64,000 nt of DNA. Origin: Phoronis australis (taxonomy: Eukaryota > Animalia > Phoronida). Location: positions 680,082-744,081 of the forward strand of contig NMRA01000130.1 in NCBI GenBank assembly GCA_002633005.1, given 5' to 3'. Positions 1-44,700 of the stretch are shown here, in pieces. Both the position numbers and the translations under genes were made by a program. The notes below the pieces were generated by a model. That model searched no databases, was not told the origin of the DNA, and saw nothing but the letters and a program-made list of their open reading frames with translations. Numbering within the stretch: the first letter of the stretch is position 1; each line of letters begins with the position of its first letter.

Positions 1-261
1 ATGAGTGTAAATTTCAGACATCCAGTTGTGGATAAACATCTAGATAAATTGAACTATTATGAATACTGAATGAACCTTGGGAATCTCTGAATGGAAATCT
101 AAACAATAGAATAATTATTCAATCTTCCAAACATAGAATCACTGATGAATGCTGACATTTACTAGAGGTCTTCTCGGGGGTGCTCTTAACAATTCAGGGG
201 GTTGTTTCAGTGTTCGAAAAATAGATTGCTACCCTGGTTACCAAGATTTATTTGATTCCAG

Positions 262-32840
<32,579 letters not shown>

Positions 32841-32923
32841 GAAGAGACGGAGGAGGTGTACAAAGAATATCTGACAATCGGTCAATGTCAGCGTTCTATA
32901 TTCTTGAAGAACTTTTAAGTAAC

Positions 32924-32929
32924 AATAAA
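32924..32929 (+). terminator. Candidate polyadenylation signal of the dynein gene
   Basis: AATAAA about 85 nt after the stop, followed by GT/T-rich sequence; a second AATAAA lies at 33515-33520. Confidence 0.45.
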
Positions 32930-35900
32930 AAGCGTAATATGTTTTTGTCAGTCTTGCTACATTCCCATGTTTATCAGAAATATTCATATTTCCTCACTGC
33001 AACATTCCATTGCGCTTAATTTACTGACTTTCTGTGATAATTTTTAAACTTTTAACAGTTTTCAAGATTTTCAATTACTAAAAGGGGAATGAGTGTAATT
33101 TAGTTGTCTGTGATGACAATCGGTAGCCTTGTTGGTTTCTTTTTATATTTTATTGCCTATTGGATTAATTTCAGTGACGTGTGCCTTTATTTATTTTAAG
33201 TATTTCAGCAGTACAGACTTGGTCATTTGATATTTTACTTGCATTTGTAAATAGTAGTTGGATATGCAGTGCTTTTACTGCCCTTTTGGGTCAAAGTCCA
33301 TCCTCGATTTTCAAGATATTTTGGTTCTATAGCAGTGTTGTTTTGTCTTGCAATCAGTTCTACACACATTACAGTTCTTTGATTTTGAATAAGTTCATTG
33401 TGCCTTACCACAAATCTGACATTAAGTAATAAATTCTGTAGAACCATGCAGTTGTATGTACAAAAATATATTTCTATGTATCAATTGTGTGTTACATCTG
33501 TTGATTTGATTACCAATAAATTATGTATAACCAAACGCGCACATCTTTTAGATACCACAGTAAAACTGCATGTCGAAGATGCTAATTTTTGATTGGAATG
33601 AACCAAGGTAGTGGTGGCGATCTTCCTCTTGAAGCAATCAGTGTGGTGATGCATAGTATTAAGAATCAAAACACAAATATTAATAAGATTAGATGGCGCT
33701 GGGTGGGGTATAAGCTCACTGGGCAAATCGAAAAACAATTTAGACAAGCTGCCTCACAGATGCTGAATAATAGTCGAAAAATTCTTTGTGAAAACATTTT
33801 CACATAGGATGTATTTCCATCTTCATTCAGAAATATTCTTTAATTGAAATCAAGGGAACAGTTATTTCAATTGCTTCAAGTCTCGTGCAGCACTAGTAAT
33901 GAAAAGATCTTGTTCGCCATTATAAAATAGGCTTGAAATGACCTAATGGACGACAAAAAATCTCCCAAGTGATGCATCGTTACACAAATACGCTTGTGTG
34001 GCAGAAATACGTTTTTGTGTGGTAAAATTTAACAGAGATGTTTTTTGTATGAATATAGTCAACATGGGATGAAAAAGAGGAAACTGGAAATCAAACGAGC
34101 GGAAATCGAAACCAAACAGAGGAAGTCCTCTTAAAAGAGGAAAATTACAAGCCATTATAAAAGAACCAAAACTTTCTAGTACTGGATGGGTTTACTTATT
34201 TATGAATGTATTGGTAACTTCACTTCTGGTGAAACCTGCATGGTGGAAATATAACGAAGTGATTTCACTAGCCAATTTGTCTGCATTTTAAGTCCATTGA
34301 AACTTGGGGTTCATTTTCAGTAGGCCTACACAACAGGCTGTGGGCACATTGCGATATATACCCAACATTTAAGTGATCCACGGAGATTGCATGGCAAGTT
34401 TCCTGGAGAAAATAAAGGGACACATGCATAAATATCCACGTGCCACCACTACAGCCCCCCCCCATTTCACAGCCATTAGAAAGTTTTTACATCCCTGTGT
34501 ACTTTTTCATTCGCAATCCGGTATGTAAATTCCCAGCAAGAATTGTCCCAAGTGCACACTTTCCAATTCACGATAAATGGACAAGTTTAAAGGGTAGCAA
34601 TTGGTACGAGAGCAAGAACTATCTGTATGTGTACCTCCATTCACCTAGGACAATAGGACCCAATTACCCACACACTCCACCCCCGGCGCTCTGTTCTGTT
34701 CCATCAGTTCAAGTGTAAAAGAGCCTTTTTATATTAGTGCCACCTGGTGAATGTAAAGTCCCCAATGTTTAAAAAAATATTCCAGATGTCCTACATCTTC
34801 AAAACCATTTTCTCATGAAATATACCAAACCACTTTAGGAAACCAATTGTACTTTGAAAGGATAATCCATGCGAAAGTTGCCTTGGCGACGCACTGCAAT
34901 TTCCCATTTCACAACGCACTGTGTGGCACAACAACACTGCTCCCTCTCCAGTTTCAGAGGAAACATTCAGAGATCCACAAGTCATAAACCCTCTATGTAA
35001 AGGCACCATTGGCTCTCCAGCCTCATCTCATTCAGTATCAATCAAACTACACAATGGAAAAATAAATGTTTATTTGTAATTCAAAAACAATCACAACACA
35101 TTTATTCGGATTTCGCAACTTAACAAAAACAACACGAGATAGAAACAACACGGCCGTCGCACATATGAACATAAATCCTCATATATAATTATAACCACGG
35201 TTCACAGGAAAGATAAACCCAATTCACTCATGACTGAAGTCATTAACAAGAATCAACAACCACCAAAGATGCTGCCGGACTTGCAAAACATGGCTTACAC
35301 ACCCAGACTCCCTGTCGAGTACCCTATTCACAGGAAGTAAGCTGTGTATGTGTGCGAGTCTCCAGTTGTTTTTCAGGCGCGTGCAAACCATGTTTTGCAA
35401 GTTCACCTCGGTGTTTGCACAATAGTCGTGTCGTTTCCACCTTTTGAACATGTGTTGCGTGGGATTTAGTGTGATCCATTATGTCACGAGTAGGTGGCCA
35501 TTAAAATTGACAAAATGTCCTGAATAGTCATCAAGAAACGTATTCAGGTCAATGATAGCTCAATCAAAATTGTGTTTTTGTCGAGACATATTTTTAGTTT
35601 GAACAGTAGCTTTTCACAATCTGGTAAAATTTGTCTTTGTTTTGGTATTCAAGGAGCATGGATTTGTTTTTCATCAAAAATGTTTTCGTACGGTGGAGAC
35701 ATATGCTTCATGTGGTGTTGTGAACTATAAACAGATCCAAGTAGGAAGAATTGAAATTAAAAATAATGCCTAAAACATTTTGGTTTTGGTCCGATTTTCT
35801 CAAAACCTAGTCGGTGGTTCAGCACCTTTTTAGGAGCTCACCTCTTAAAAAGAAAATCCGAGACGAGCTAAAATGATGCAGGTTTTTTACTCTTTGTTAA

Positions 35901-37057
35901 ACAAATCATAGCGTTTCAAACTTTGCTCTTGTGGTTATGTAGTTTTTCAACTCCCCCCCCCCCCACCCGTTTTCTGTTCTGGAACTAGATAATGTGAAAT
36001 GCTGACAATAGAGAAACACCATAAGGAGCATAGAGAAATACAAACACTGAAAGTAAAATCAATGCAAAACTTTCTACTAACTCCAACAGGGACGACAGAG
36101 AATCACCGCTCATCAATAGTCCAACGCTCTCCAGCAGGCTAGATTCAGGCAGCACATACCGATTCAACAGTCAATGTAGCCCAAGAAGTGACATTCGTAA
36201 CTAGAGACCGTGCAGTAGGGAAGGGTGCAAAGAGCTGTCTAATTCTCCATCGTCCCAAGAGCACAGTTAATATCTTCCAAATTTGCCCAACAGAAAGTCT
36301 GTCAACACATTTCAGGTGTACACAACATAATACAATACTCACATAATACAATACTCGCAAATTAATGAAATTGATGGTTTCCAAAAAATCCTTTTCTGAA
36401 GTAATGTCCCATCAAAAATCTCTCACCAGCTCAATAATCAGTCAACCCACAGAAACCCCAGTTGACAATCCTTCAGCATGCAGGCAAACTGGACAAGAGT
36501 CTGGCTTCGGGCACTTAAAAAGTGAATAGGCACTGTAGTCACTTTATGGGTAAGATGTTCAATTTAAATTTCTATAGACTAATAGAATGGAAAGTTTCTT
36601 GCCTCAAAAGAGCCAGCTGAGAGGAAAAATGTTGTGCAATGACAGCAAAGGCTGCATATATTTAGAAATGCCCACCTTGTCAATTTCTTTAACATGCCAA
36701 ATATGATTAACTAACATTAGGAAACATCTTCATGTCCATCATAAACATGGCAGACGAGCCTTTAAAATGTGTTTGGCATTTAAGAAGGGCAATTAGCCTG
36801 TGTTACTAAGACTATTCATTATTCACTATTTATTGCAGGGCAGCAATGGCATTTTGAACTTCAAAAACAACTTTCGTTTTCAAAATTTGCTCCAAGATGT
36901 CCCTATCCTGTCAAAAAATTAAGTCCAGGTAACCCTTGAACATAAAAAATTCCCTTGACAAAATCAACAGTGTTTTTTCAGATAGACCAGTTGAGTGAAC
37001 TTGAGCTCATTTTGTGACAGCACACACTTTCAAACACGAACTTCTACATAATTTATG

Positions 37058-37227
37058 AATTGACCTATCACATGCTCCGCTCCCTTGTGAAAAGTCATGT
37101 GACACCCAACAAACAATAAGTTTTACCTGACAATGTGTTGTATGTCGGGTAAAATGGCAGCTTGGAAAGGAAGGTGTGTCAAAAATTCTGCGTTCTGATT
37201 GGTCAAAATCCTGGCTATAAGTCAATT
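37058..37227. mobile_element. MITE family A copy
   Basis: TIR-like ends AATTGACCTATC ... TATAAGTCAATT; interior aligns by eye with 49335-49508 (AAACAATAAGTTTTACC, GCTTGGAAA, GGTGTGTCAA, TTCTGATTGGTCA). Confidence 0.6.
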
Positions 37228-40200
37228 AACTATTCACTCCCTACCCATCAGTTCCTCAAACAATACATCACAAGTACATCAAATCTCACTTGAAAATGTT
37301 GCCACGACGACAGCATGGATTACAACATTCAATGGGAAACTAGACATAGTATTTATAATGGCCAACCCTACATTTTCAGATTTCTAGATGCCCTGGATGT
37401 TTATTGAAACATAGCAAATGCACTCATGTCACAGTGAACAAAACTTGTGGCCCAGTTTTCGTCTTGGTTTTTCTGACAGTTAAACAGAGAGAAATACAAT
37501 TTTAAATAAATTCCATGAGTCTTTTCACATTTTGTAAATAATGGCAATGTTTCATTAGCCCCAGAAATTCCCTTAATAAGCAACTAGATACCAACAAAGA
37601 AACTAACAATGCTTTAGACCACTTACCTACAAAGAACTGGCCTCAAATAAGATAGCATAAATGACCTAGATAAGAATCCACTTAAACAAGAGAAATAACC
37701 TACTAGCAAACTTACTTACACCTGAAAGCATGCCCAAAACAACACATTAGTAAGCCCTACCACATTTAAGTGCCCGAAGCTAAACTTTTGAGACGATTTA
37801 ACTTAACGCTCTGTGAAGGAGTCCTGATTACGTCGACTGCCAAGCCTGCATGGTCTGTCAATAAAAACTTTTCCCAGAAATCACTCGTTTTAGTCGCAAC
37901 CTGGAAGAAAGTGAAACCAACATTCAAAAAACCCCCTAAGTTAGAAATTAGTTTAAAAAGAAATGTAACTTGAAAATATCTACATCAACAATTACTGTTA
38001 GGGATGCTCATTTCAAAAGTTTTGTGAACAATGAATGAAAGGCCCATTGCCAACCAAAATGCCATGTCCATAAAAACTTTGCTGAACGCCAAAAACGAAT
38101 TAAAATTCTGAACTACTTCAGAGCTACTATTTAGATCCCAAGTTTCAAGTGCAGCGCTGGTTGGGCAGGTAGAAAACTATGAGCTCCCTTATGACCACAG
38201 CTTAAACAAGTGCTAACTAGCCCATATCACCACTCAATCTTTGTAATGCTTTTCAAAAATACGCAAGAACACTACACTATTATATGAAACAGAATATCCA
38301 AAGGTAATTGTCATTACCAAAGCAGCGTCCAATATATGTATCTTAAAAATTGAACACTAGCAACATCTCACAGCTGTATATCACTGACTGACCCATTCGA
38401 TAACATGCCCAGAGGTGATCAACAAGAGATTGGCTACGGTTTGTTAGCCAATGAAAACGAGAATGTATATTTCAGTCCTTAGCAAATGCAAGACTATGCA
38501 AAAGACCAACGAAATACAGAATGCAGTTAATCCGCTTCACACCAAGCCAGATCAGCAAGTTCCAAGCCAACAGTATTGCAAACAATTCGATTAGGGTAAA
38601 GAAAACTTCGGCAACAGCAAATCCTGCAGAAAAATCCTAGCAAGTGTACAGCAACACAATTTGACTGCACCAAACACACAACAAAGACAGACATCTGCAA
38701 ACTTGAAGACAATTCTAATTAAATCTGGTATCTACCTGATTTGTAATTTGTGCTCTGCGGCGCCTTCTCACTAACAGGAACTCCAACAGGTGATGGCCAC
38801 TTTTAGGTGATGAAATAAAAAAGTCAATCTGATAACAAATGTTGTTATTAAAAATACATGTCACTTGATTATGCAAACATATTCTTAAAACAGGTCCACA
38901 GAACTATACTAAATTTTTAATAGTGATTTTACAGTTAAGTCACAAATTGTACTTCCACTGTTAATATTCACAAGTTCAAGACATGAATAACATTTCAGAA
39001 TGACCAATTAACATTAGAAAACGTTGTTCAGGTGTGATTTTACAAATGATTTCTGGTGTCTTTACACCAGTCCAAGAATAAACAGTAACACCACAGAATG
39101 CAAGTTTAACATTAGAAATTGAGAGCTAATACGTAGCAGTTCAGTAAACTCTTCACCAGTTAAGGACAGAATACGACGAATAACTGAAATTTTATTTCAT
39201 TTTTTAAAATGACAGGTAGTACTGAACTAATATTGTCGTGACCAAGCTTTAAACCACAGCTACGACTAGACAACACTTAAAAAAGAAAAAGGTGTGGCCA
39301 TTAACGATATTTGTAGATCTTGAAAAACAATTTTGGCAATTATTTATGATGTCCGAAACTAGTGAAGCTTTACCTACCGAAATACAACATCACAACATGC
39401 TTTTGAATAGAACAAATAATGTAAATTACAATATTGTAAAGTGCCAACGTTATACGTGGCTCTTCACTTCAAGATATATGGAATTGGGAGCTTCTTCAAA
39501 TCACATGAAAATACCAATACTGTGTCAACTGAATTATTTTACAATTTCACTTCATCAAAAATGCAAAATCAATCATGAACACAGGAGTCTTCTTATAACA
39601 CAAATACAACTGTACACAGCTTCTTCCATAAATACATTAATTTTGCTTACGCATGACAAAGCAGCATTTCAGGCAACTAAATAAGCAGATAGTCATCGAA
39701 AACCAGTAACCTCTACTAAAAACAGGCATTATTCGGGACTGGTTCTTATCTCTACCAGTCAATTTCGACTTCTAAAACTCAGGATTACCAAAAGATCGTT
39801 ACAATTTCTTAGCCACAAGTGAAACTGGTTACAATTTCAACACACAAATTAGAGATTAAGAATTCCTGACGTACTTTCGCAAAGTAACTTTGCTTTTCGC
39901 ACACAGCATACGAATATCGAAAGTCACCAAGTTAGAAACTCCCATTTCCATAATTAAAATGAAGTAAAGAGCCAACCGCCAGGAGACACCTTACCAGATA
40001 AATGGAGAGTGAAGTTCGACGAAGATGGTGTGAACTCGACGTTGCCCAGTCCAAGTCCTCCACTACCTAGAAAGAACTGAGTAACAGCATTAGTCTTAAA
40101 AAAAAAAACATGTTAGCATTAGATTAGAAACAATTTACAAGCTAGCATAGAAAGTACTAAGTCAGCAGTCGTAAAACACAGACTTTCGTTTCAAGTTAAC

Positions 40201-40598
40201 GTTTAAGTTCATTTTCAGTTTTGTCATTTTTTCAGAGTCATAAGACACTGTCTTTCAAGTTTTTGTTCAATTTCAGCTTTGTCATAATTTCAGTGTTTTC
40301 ACAATTATTTTTTGTAATTTTCTTGTGTTCACTGTTTGTGCTTCAGCACACTTTGGCTCATGTTTTCACCATCAGTTTCCATATTTTTGGCAATTTTCTG
40401 TTTATATGGCTCATCCCTTCATTACCAGTAGCCATCTTAGCGACACGTTTGTCAACCAGTTACCATGGTTTTACCAGGACCATGGGTGTCAACACATTCA
40501 TTGCGGATCTCCTTTTATTATCACGTAAAACAATGAAAATGGAACGATACGCTTTCATATCAAACCCTTTTTGAAGGGCAACCTCCTCCGCATTTCCA

Positions 40599-41429
40599 TC
40601 AATGATTTTTATCTTTCGCCGTTGCCTTTGCCTTCATTGAACAGCTTGCACAAAACTCAATAGAGACGTTGTCTTTATCAACATGTAAGCATACGCCACT
40701 TGTAGACGCCGTGGTCTTACAACTTTTTACTGGCTTTGGATAATCATGGTCCACGTGTGCATTTCTCTTCCTCATGAAAGAGGAGGTAAGGTTCACGCCC
40801 TCAACCTTTGGAATGTTTTTTAATAAACCAGCAAGGGCGCTCTGATTTGCAAGAACACCCTTAAGATAAGACACCTCCTCTTCCAACGATTTTAACCTAT
40901 GATCCAGGAGGTGATTTTCCGATTTTAATGTTTGATTCTCCTTACTCAAGCTGTCCACGTCTTTCTCAAGATTTGCAACATACATTTTTTTCTTCTCCCG
41001 ATTAAGTTTCGCCTGGGCAGCATTCTTCCTACTTTTTTCGTCAACCAACTCTGATTGCTTTCCACTACGGGATTGTTGACTGTCCTTTCCTGCAGACGAC
41101 GTCTTTAGAAAAACAATGGTAGGAGAAGGCCTTTGAACAGTTTCACTTTCAGGACATTTTGAAATTTGATTATGAGAATCAGGCTCACTTGGCAAAGCTG
41201 GCTTGAAACTTTCGCCAAATAAATCCTCGAAGAATTCGTCGTCACTTTTTAAGCTCGACGGGCTTAAAATGCCACTATCTGATGACGGACTTGGGAGGGT
41301 TTTATGAATCGCGAAGTCCTCGTCCTTCGTCGGCATATCTTCGCCAAAAATAGAATCTTCTAACATGTCCCCACCAAAACACGGATCGGTGAGGAATAAA
41401 TCAGGGATATAAGACAACTCTTCCTCCAT
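40599..41429 (-). CDS. CREBZF: CREB/ATF bZIP transcription factor (Zhangfei-like), single coding exon, 276 aa
   Basis: ATG at 41429 in aaaATGg context; bZIP SRKNAAQAKLNREKKKMYVANLE plus leucine zipper; HCF-1-binding motif DHDY; C-terminal GVCLHVDKDNVSIEFCASC, characteristic of CREBZF. Confidence 0.9.
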   Translation of the reverse strand: MEEELSYIPDLFLTDPCFGGDMLEDSIFGEDMPTKDEDFAIHKTLPSPSSDSGILSPSSLKSDDEFFEDLFGESFKPALPSEPDSHNQISKCPESETVQRPSPTIVFLKTSSAGKDSQQSRSGKQSELVDEKSRKNAAQAKLNREKKKMYVANLEKDVDSLSKENQTLKSENHLLDHRLKSLEEEVSYLKGVLANQSALAGLLKNIPKVEGVNLTSSFMRKRNAHVDHDYPKPVKSCKTTASTSGVCLHVDKDNVSIEFCASCSMKAKATAKDKNH

Positions 41430-41756
41430 TTTAAGATAAATTAAAACCAAACTTTCGACTTACAACTGAACAGCACACACAACACATCAACTGCACAACT
41501 TCACCGCTGACTGAAAAATGATAAACGTTGACGAAGCGTTTTGGGATCACAGTTCTGATGCATTGTGATTGGATGTATTAAGACACGTGCCTATTTTGAG
41601 GAACTTTAATTGGATGATTATTTTGGCAAATGACGTCACGACGAGAAAACTGGAAAACGTTGATCAAACGTTAGACAGGAAGCAACAGATGGCGCAAATT
41701 AGTCTGGTTCCACGTCTGAACACTAGATAGAGCCACCGCATATAACCAAAACAAAA
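41430..41756. promoter_or_regulatory. Bidirectional promoter shared by CREBZF and UBE2Z
   Basis: Only 327 bp between divergent ATGs. Palindromic CRE TGACGTCA 41631-41638, E-box CACGTG 41584-41589, two ATTGG (CCAAT) boxes near 41568 and 41609, YY1-like AAAATGGCG over the UBE2Z start. Confidence 0.7.
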
Positions 41757-44700
41757 ATGGCGAGTTCCAATGAAACTGACAGTGAAGACAAGGAAGCGGT
41801 TGTCGACCTGACTGGAGAAGAGTTGGATGCTGCCTCCAGCATGACAACAGCTAGCTTTATGAAGGCGGCATGGGACCCCATGCAATGCAAGGATTGGACT
41901 GGTGAAAATGCCTCTGAACAATGTATACGCCGGATAAAAAGGTGGGACCCGTCCGTCGCATTTTTTGCTTCTTGTGATTTTCTTCTTCCTCTTCATTATT
42001 TCATTCTTCTCCTTCGACTTTCACTTAAGTAAGTATGTATGTAAGAAAAACATTAGCCAAAGCCTGCCAAAGGATACTGGATTTTCAGGTATCATAATTA
42101 ATAAGGAATAATACAGCAGATAAACTGCAATCAATAAATGTGAAGCTCGGGGGGTCACTTATGTTATGTTGTAGTAAATCTCAAGGTGTCTTACCTTACA
42201 TTCTGGTTATCCGTGTTCTGAGCTCAATATGTCTGGTTGGTGTGCGGTCTGCTTTCCGGATGCCACTCCGCATCCCAGAACGTGCGTCGGCTGCAGGCCG
42301 GCCGCTTAATATTCATGTTGCACCATCATTGGCCATTACCGGAATATGGGCTGTACAGCCAACATCAGCAGTCTTCAAGACAAATAACAGTCTTCTTCTG
42401 ATGCCGACAGAGGGCGTGCATGGCTGAAGGCCAGCGCAGCAGTGAGAGAAGTCTTATAACGTCTCTTTACACTATTGACAAGCTGCCCGCAGGCGTGTAC
42501 CAAACTTGCTGAAAGACCCCCTATTGTGCTAGGTCTGCTAATTCCCATCCCCTTTTGTAGGGTAGATTGTTCTGCTTCACCCCCTTTTGCAGGGCTGAGG
42601 TCAATCATTGGGCCTTTTGCAGCGACAAAATGGAACTTAGGAGTCTATAGAGAACTGCAGGACTCCACACAGTTAATTCCCGCAAAACTTGCTGGAAAAG
42701 TACAGTCTACCCACAATTTTTAGTACACCCCTGCAGGCACCTTGTCAATATAAGTAATGTGAGATTTTAATGTTCTTCCTGAACCAGCGAACAACGGGTA
42801 TTTTTGCTTGTTCTTGTTTTCATATTCATAGTTGTCAAAACATTCCAAAATCAAAAACCGAGATATCCAGATTCGGGTAAGCTAGACGGCACAGTAAATG
42901 TCTGCCACAACATCCAAAGACATGTTGTAACATTATGCTGAATGATGGCAATTTTTCATCGTGCCTTTAGACTAAGACCTGGGTAGAGATCTGTAACGCT
43001 TGGACCTCGCTAAAAAGTGAGACTTCGCCAGATTACGTGAGATATTGCCATGTATTTTAAATGAGAGCACCTAGATTTTAGGGAGGTCCTAGCAGTACTG
43101 AACTCATGATTTTGGCTAGATTTTAGCGAGGTCCTAGCGTAGATCCTAGCGTTACTGAACTCCAATATATGGCAGTGCTAGTATCTCACGTAATCTCACG
43201 AAGTCTTGCTTTTCAGCTAGGCCTTTGCATTACTGAACTCTGCCCTGACATATTTGAGGTACCCTGAGGTATTTTGGGTGGGAAATCATGATAATAGAAC
43301 CAAATGTTAACAAAGTTGCATCAGTGACAGTTTGTTATTATTCTTTTTTGTCAAAAAGCATAGCATTCTGGCGGGATGCACGACAAAGCTTCAAAAAGTG
43401 GGACGACTAATCCCACCAACTCAACAGCAGGACAGTTGGTAAATATGCATATGACAAAAAATGCATTGGTGTGCAATTTTTGAGACTGAATGGGGAATTG
43501 CTGTTGGATTTAGCTGGTAAGCTATTGGTGATCATTTTAAATTATCCAAATGAAAGGTGACCAATGCAGTTACTCGACAGTGTCATGTTGATAGTAAATT
43601 TCGTCTGAATAGGGTGAATTTTGATCACTGTAGAAGTAGTAGTTTGACTGTTATTTCAGAGATATCATGAATATTTATGAGGAACCACCACCAGCGATAT
43701 GCTTAGTACCTGATCAAGATGACATCACATTGGTATGTAGACAACGATAACATGTTTTTTCCATGAAACAGCTTCAGTCTCTGTGTTTGGCCAAAAAAAC
43801 ATAGTGTGGTCTGGGCACGGATCATTTTTGAAGCTGCTCATCTCTATTTAAGAACTGAAATCTGGTGAATGTTCGTAAAAAGAGCACTGCCGTAACACTT
43901 TGGGTGATATCAGGTGAAGTTTGAGTAAAAAAAAAAACTTTAGGGGATATTATTTTAAGTGAATTTAAATTTACAAAAGGAAGACTTTATTGTATTATAT
44001 TACTGTTTTTCTTGTTGAGTGCCCTCTTGGAAAGCAGTGCTATCACTGGAGGCCACCCTCGTTTTAAATATCACAATAATAAATAAATAAATAAATAAAT
44101 AAACTATTTTAGCTGCTATTGGGTGAATTTTTGTTTATGAAAAGAATAAGTTAATAAAAATACAGCATCATCCTGGCAGTTTTCAAGACATCCACATATG
44201 AGAACCAAATTTGTTTTTTAGGCCTGATGTAAAGGTGGCTTTTACTCAATACTTCGTGAACTTTGTGGACAATGATGATGGCTGGGTATATCAATTTCCA
44301 TATCTCTGATCATAGAAATGTGTAGTTTGATAAGTGTTCAGATAATGGTTGTTTTCGTCATGATTTATATTTCAAATCTGATTTCATAATAAATGTTTTT
44401 GCTGTGGGTATCATGAATGAACCCAATTACTGTAAAGCACCGCAAGTAACCTCATGCACCTATATGCGAAATGATGCTTTTTTGGCAAGATTTTTCTAAT
44501 TCAATGCCTCACAACATATGAAGTCTGACTTTGATTGACAGCGCTTCTCAGCGCATGTAAATGAATGAGCATGTAATCGGGACCAAGAAAAAGTAACGAC
44601 TGTGGACTGACGAATTATGTGGTGACGAGTTCAGCGGGGTCACTTGTACAAATAAATGAACATATTTACAACTGGGCAAGGCAGTAGGTACAGTAAAAAG

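Noticed and set aside
40221-40574. 117-aa hydrophobic + strand ORF next to CREBZF
   Set aside because: Arises from T-rich sequence antisense to an A-rich 3' UTR; starts at TTG, with no domain or gene context.
44272-44382. ATGATGA ... CTGA as an intronic C/D snoRNA
   Set aside because: No convincing terminal stem, internal boxes or recognisable rRNA guide.
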